In this document: piece by piece, positions 4,032-6,139 of the stretch
Numbering within the stretch: position 1 is the stretch's first letter
How the letters are laid out: each line of letters starts with the position of its first letter
From: Promethearchaeota archaeon
GTDB lineage: Archaea > Asgardarchaeota > Thorarchaeia > Thorarchaeales > Thorarchaeaceae
NCBI GenBank assembly: GCA_027031765.1
Contig: JALVPN010000051.1
Location: forward strand, 1-6,139
Direction: 5' to 3'
Length of the DNA stretch: 6,139 nucleotides
Made by a program: the position numbers and the translations under genes
Notes under the pieces: model-generated
The model's database searches: none
What the model was told of the DNA's origin: nothing
Seen by the model: the letters and a program-made list of their open reading frames with translations, nothing else

Positions 4032-6005
4032 CTACTGTTCTCGACGGAGGAACCGGGAGTAGACGACTATGACCACGGCAGCACCTGCCTCAGCCGCAAT
4101 GATAGCCCCATAGACCGTGGGGTGAACCGTGAACGTAGTGTTGCCAGTGGGAGGTGTCGTGTCAGGAGAGGTGGTGTTGTCAGTCCCCGGCGTCGTGGGT
4201 GCCGTAGTGTCTGTGGTTGTTGGAGTGGTGGTCGTAGTTGTCACTGTCGTTGTGGTCGTCGCCGTATCAGGGCCAGGCGGTGGCCATGACCGGTGAGGTG
4301 CAAAGCAGTACTCCGGGTTGTACGTCAGTTCGCAGTAGTTTCCTTGGACGTAGCCCGACACATTGAACGGGCCTGATGTGACCATTGGCTCCGCGGGTGG
4401 CTGTGGGTTCCAAGTGCTCCAGTTCTCCGGTGGTATCTGCGTGAAGACATGCTTTGGTATGATGTTCTTGTAGGCGACGGAGTGGAGGTGCCAGTAGGAC
4501 TCTGAGGTGAACTCCATGACAACAGTATCGGAGTCTTGGGCATAAGCGGCCACAATGTCTTCGAGGCCGGCTGCGAGCGGGTTGCCGGGTGAGTCACGGT
4601 AGTAGTTCATTGAGAACGCCACATCTTCAGCGGTCAGCGGTTGGCCATCTGTCCACGTCGCGTTGTCCACGAGGTGAAACGTGAGGCGGGTGTTTCCCTC
4701 CGGTACTGCCGGGTTGTCCGCATGGGTCTCTATGACATAGCTCTCCGCAAGCCATGGCATGTCCCGCCCGTCCGGCCCCATTCGTAGGAGGCTGTCATAC
4801 AGCATCTGGAGCACAGGCGAGGGGTATGAGAGCGCCCCGGCGAGGACCATGAAGTTGAACGTCCCGACATCGGTTGCCGTGGCCCACCTGAAGGTGCCGC
4901 CGAAGGGCGCGCCCTCCTGGTCTGCGCGCAGGTGTACCTTGTAGTTGGTCCAGTAGTTTGGGACTCCAGTGACTACGTCATTGACGAAGCCCTCGAACCT
5001 GTCGGTACGGTAGGCCGAAACGATGGCGTTCTCGTAGCAGACAATCATCGGGCATGCGTGCACCCAGATCTCCTGCATGGCGAACGCTGCATCGTAGACA
5101 TCCTGGTAGTCGGTCGCATGGAGCAGCTGGGCCCTGTAGGAGTTGTACGTGACATTGTCCCAGTTCGGGAAGTTCTGGGAGGGCTCGTAAGTGGACTCCG
5201 CCCAGAACTGATAGGCCAGCCAGTCGACGTCGAAGGTGGTGAGAGTCATGGTGCTGAACGCTATGTCATAGTTTCCGTGAAAGTACAGTCTGTTGATGAG
5301 CTCGTAGAAGTCCACTGTCAGGAGCTCTGCGTCCACGGAGAGCGCTTCGAGCGCATCGACCACCTCTTGCCCCACCCCAATGGCTATCTGTGATGACTCG
5401 GGGCACTCCACCTTCACATCGAACGGGTTGCCGTGCGGGTCGTTCCTGAAGCCGGTAACGGGGTCAATCTCAAACCCGGCCTCGTCGAGGAGCCTGTTGC
5501 CGAGCTCAACGTTGCCCTCGTAGTACGTGTACGGGAGGTGGCCCTCGCATGAGAACGGGTTCACCTTTGGCACGCAGGAGTCCAGCGGCTCAGACAGGCC
5601 GTCCCAGACATCCCGGGAGATTGCCTCCTTATCAAGCGCAAAGGCAAGCGCCCTGCGGAACAATGTGTAGTTCAACGGGTTCTTCACCGTGTTCAGGGTG
5701 ACGTACCCATAGCCGTTCCGGAGTAGCCTGGCAGTTTCGATGTTCTCCACCGCCTCCAGCGCCGACAGATATGAGGGGTCAACCGCATCCCCAATCAGGT
5801 CGACCTCGTTGTTCTGCAGGGCGAGCACCTGCGCATCACTACCCTCAACTACAGTGTAGACCACCTTGTCGATGTAGGGGCCGACCTTTTCTCCAAACGG
5901 CAGTTCAAGGGTCTGCGCTCGTGCGGCCAGAGGGACTGCATGCACTGACGCAAGTACAACGACCAGCATCAGGGCAGCCAGCTGTTGTGCAGGCCAGTCA
6001 GGCAT
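4032..6005 (-). CDS. ABC transporter family 5 (OppA/DppA/NikA-like) substrate-binding protein, circularly permuted, with C-terminal membrane anchor
   Basis: Family motifs: PYIDKVVY, ALQNNEVD, FRRALAFALDK, LLDEAGF, GGTFRW, LYDSLL, PWLAES, WTDGQPLTAEDVAFS, TSGPF, YNPEY. Signal-peptide-like N-terminus without a lipobox Cys, Thr-rich stalk, TM helix and basic tail. 7 N-x-S/T sequons. Strong SD upstream. Stop TAG at 4032-4034. Substrate not determinable. Confidence 0.93.
   Translation of the reverse strand: MPDWPAQQLAALMLVVVLASVHAVPLAARAQTLELPFGEKVGPYIDKVVYTVVEGSDAQVLALQNNEVDLIGDAVDPSYLSALEAVENIETARLLRNGYGYVTLNTVKNPLNYTLFRRALAFALDKEAISRDVWDGLSEPLDSCVPKVNPFSCEGHLPYTYYEGNVELGNRLLDEAGFEIDPVTGFRNDPHGNPFDVKVECPESSQIAIGVGQEVVDALEALSVDAELLTVDFYELINRLYFHGNYDIAFSTMTLTTFDVDWLAYQFWAESTYEPSQNFPNWDNVTYNSYRAQLLHATDYQDVYDAAFAMQEIWVHACPMIVCYENAIVSAYRTDRFEGFVNDVVTGVPNYWTNYKVHLRADQEGAPFGGTFRWATATDVGTFNFMVLAGALSYPSPVLQMLYDSLLRMGPDGRDMPWLAESYVIETHADNPAVPEGNTRLTFHLVDNATWTDGQPLTAEDVAFSMNYYRDSPGNPLAAGLEDIVAAYAQDSDTVVMEFTSESYWHLHSVAYKNIIPKHVFTQIPPENWSTWNPQPPAEPMVTSGPFNVSGYVQGNYCELTYNPEYCFAPHRSWPPPGPDTATTTTTVTTTTTTPTTTDTTAPTTPGTDNTTSPDTTPPTGNTTFTVHPTVYGAIIAAEAGAAVVIVVYSRFLRREQ
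4128..4283 (-). repeat. Thr/Pro-rich low-complexity stalk (28 Thr in 52 aa)
   Basis: PPPGPDTATTTTTVTTTTTTPTTTDTTAPTTPGTDNTTSPDTTPPTGNTTFT lies between the binding domain and the TM anchor; Thr codons are mixed (not a DNA microsatellite). Confidence 0.93.
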
Positions 6006-6016
6006 AATGATTGTAT

Positions 6017-6023
6017 CTCCTCA
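6017..6023 (-). promoter_or_regulatory. Ribosome-binding site (TGAGGAG) for the solute-binding protein
   Basis: Minus strand reads TTGAGGAGATACAATCATT-ATG; GAGGAG lies 11 nt before the start codon. Confidence 0.7.
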
Positions 6024-6069
6024 AGTCGGAACGGTCCAGTCCAAGGCCCGTTCCAGTTGATTTGAATGG

Positions 6070-6093
6070 TATTGTGTCAGCAAGCGCACAATA
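6070..6093. promoter_or_regulatory. Inverted repeat TATTGTG-N10-CACAATA, candidate transcription-factor site
   Basis: Perfect 7-bp arms (6070-6076 and 6087-6093) in the relatively AT-rich region 65-88 nt upstream of the SBP start codon. Confidence 0.35.
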
Positions 6094-6139
6094 GAGCAGT
6101 GAATGAATGGGGTTCCGCAGTAGGAGCTCCTGTGAGTAG

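Noticed and set aside
4029-6007. ORFs overlapping the SBP gene (4029-4289, 4325-4597, 4759-4944, 4932-5393, 5771-6007)
   Set aside because: Antisense or out-of-frame shadows; the Cys/Arg-rich 4029-4289 product is the reverse complement of the poly-Thr stalk.
6024-6139. Archaeal TATA/BRE promoter for the SBP gene
   Set aside because: The region is AT-enriched, but no clear TTTA(A/T)A box is present on the minus strand.

Overview
GC-rich window with four well-supported CDSs in two convergent pairs. On +: a 5'-truncated transglutaminase-like (Cys-His-Asp) protein (<2..1417), then 12 nt later a predicted membrane-anchored, sequon-rich surface protein (1430..2437). On -: a family 5 (OppA/DppA-like) solute-binding protein (4032..6005) with a Thr-rich stalk and C-terminal anchor, then a protein made of 24-aa leucine-rich repeats (2773..3900). 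The combination resembles archaeal proteins, and from memory those of Asgard Thorarchaeota; this is unverified inference. The strongest unusual signal is that the solute-binding protein is circularly permuted: the canonical C-terminal half of the OppA/DppA fold comes first and the canonical N-terminal half second. Other signals: a 62-aa Trp-rich insert between the catalytic His and Asp motifs of the transglutaminase-like protein; recent in-frame 18-bp and 21-bp duplications in the two + genes; frame +2 interrupted only by two TGA codons from 2 to 2872, the first in a U-G-W-C context; and candidate structured leaders upstream of both - genes. No rRNA, tRNA, CRISPR array or mobile element is supported.
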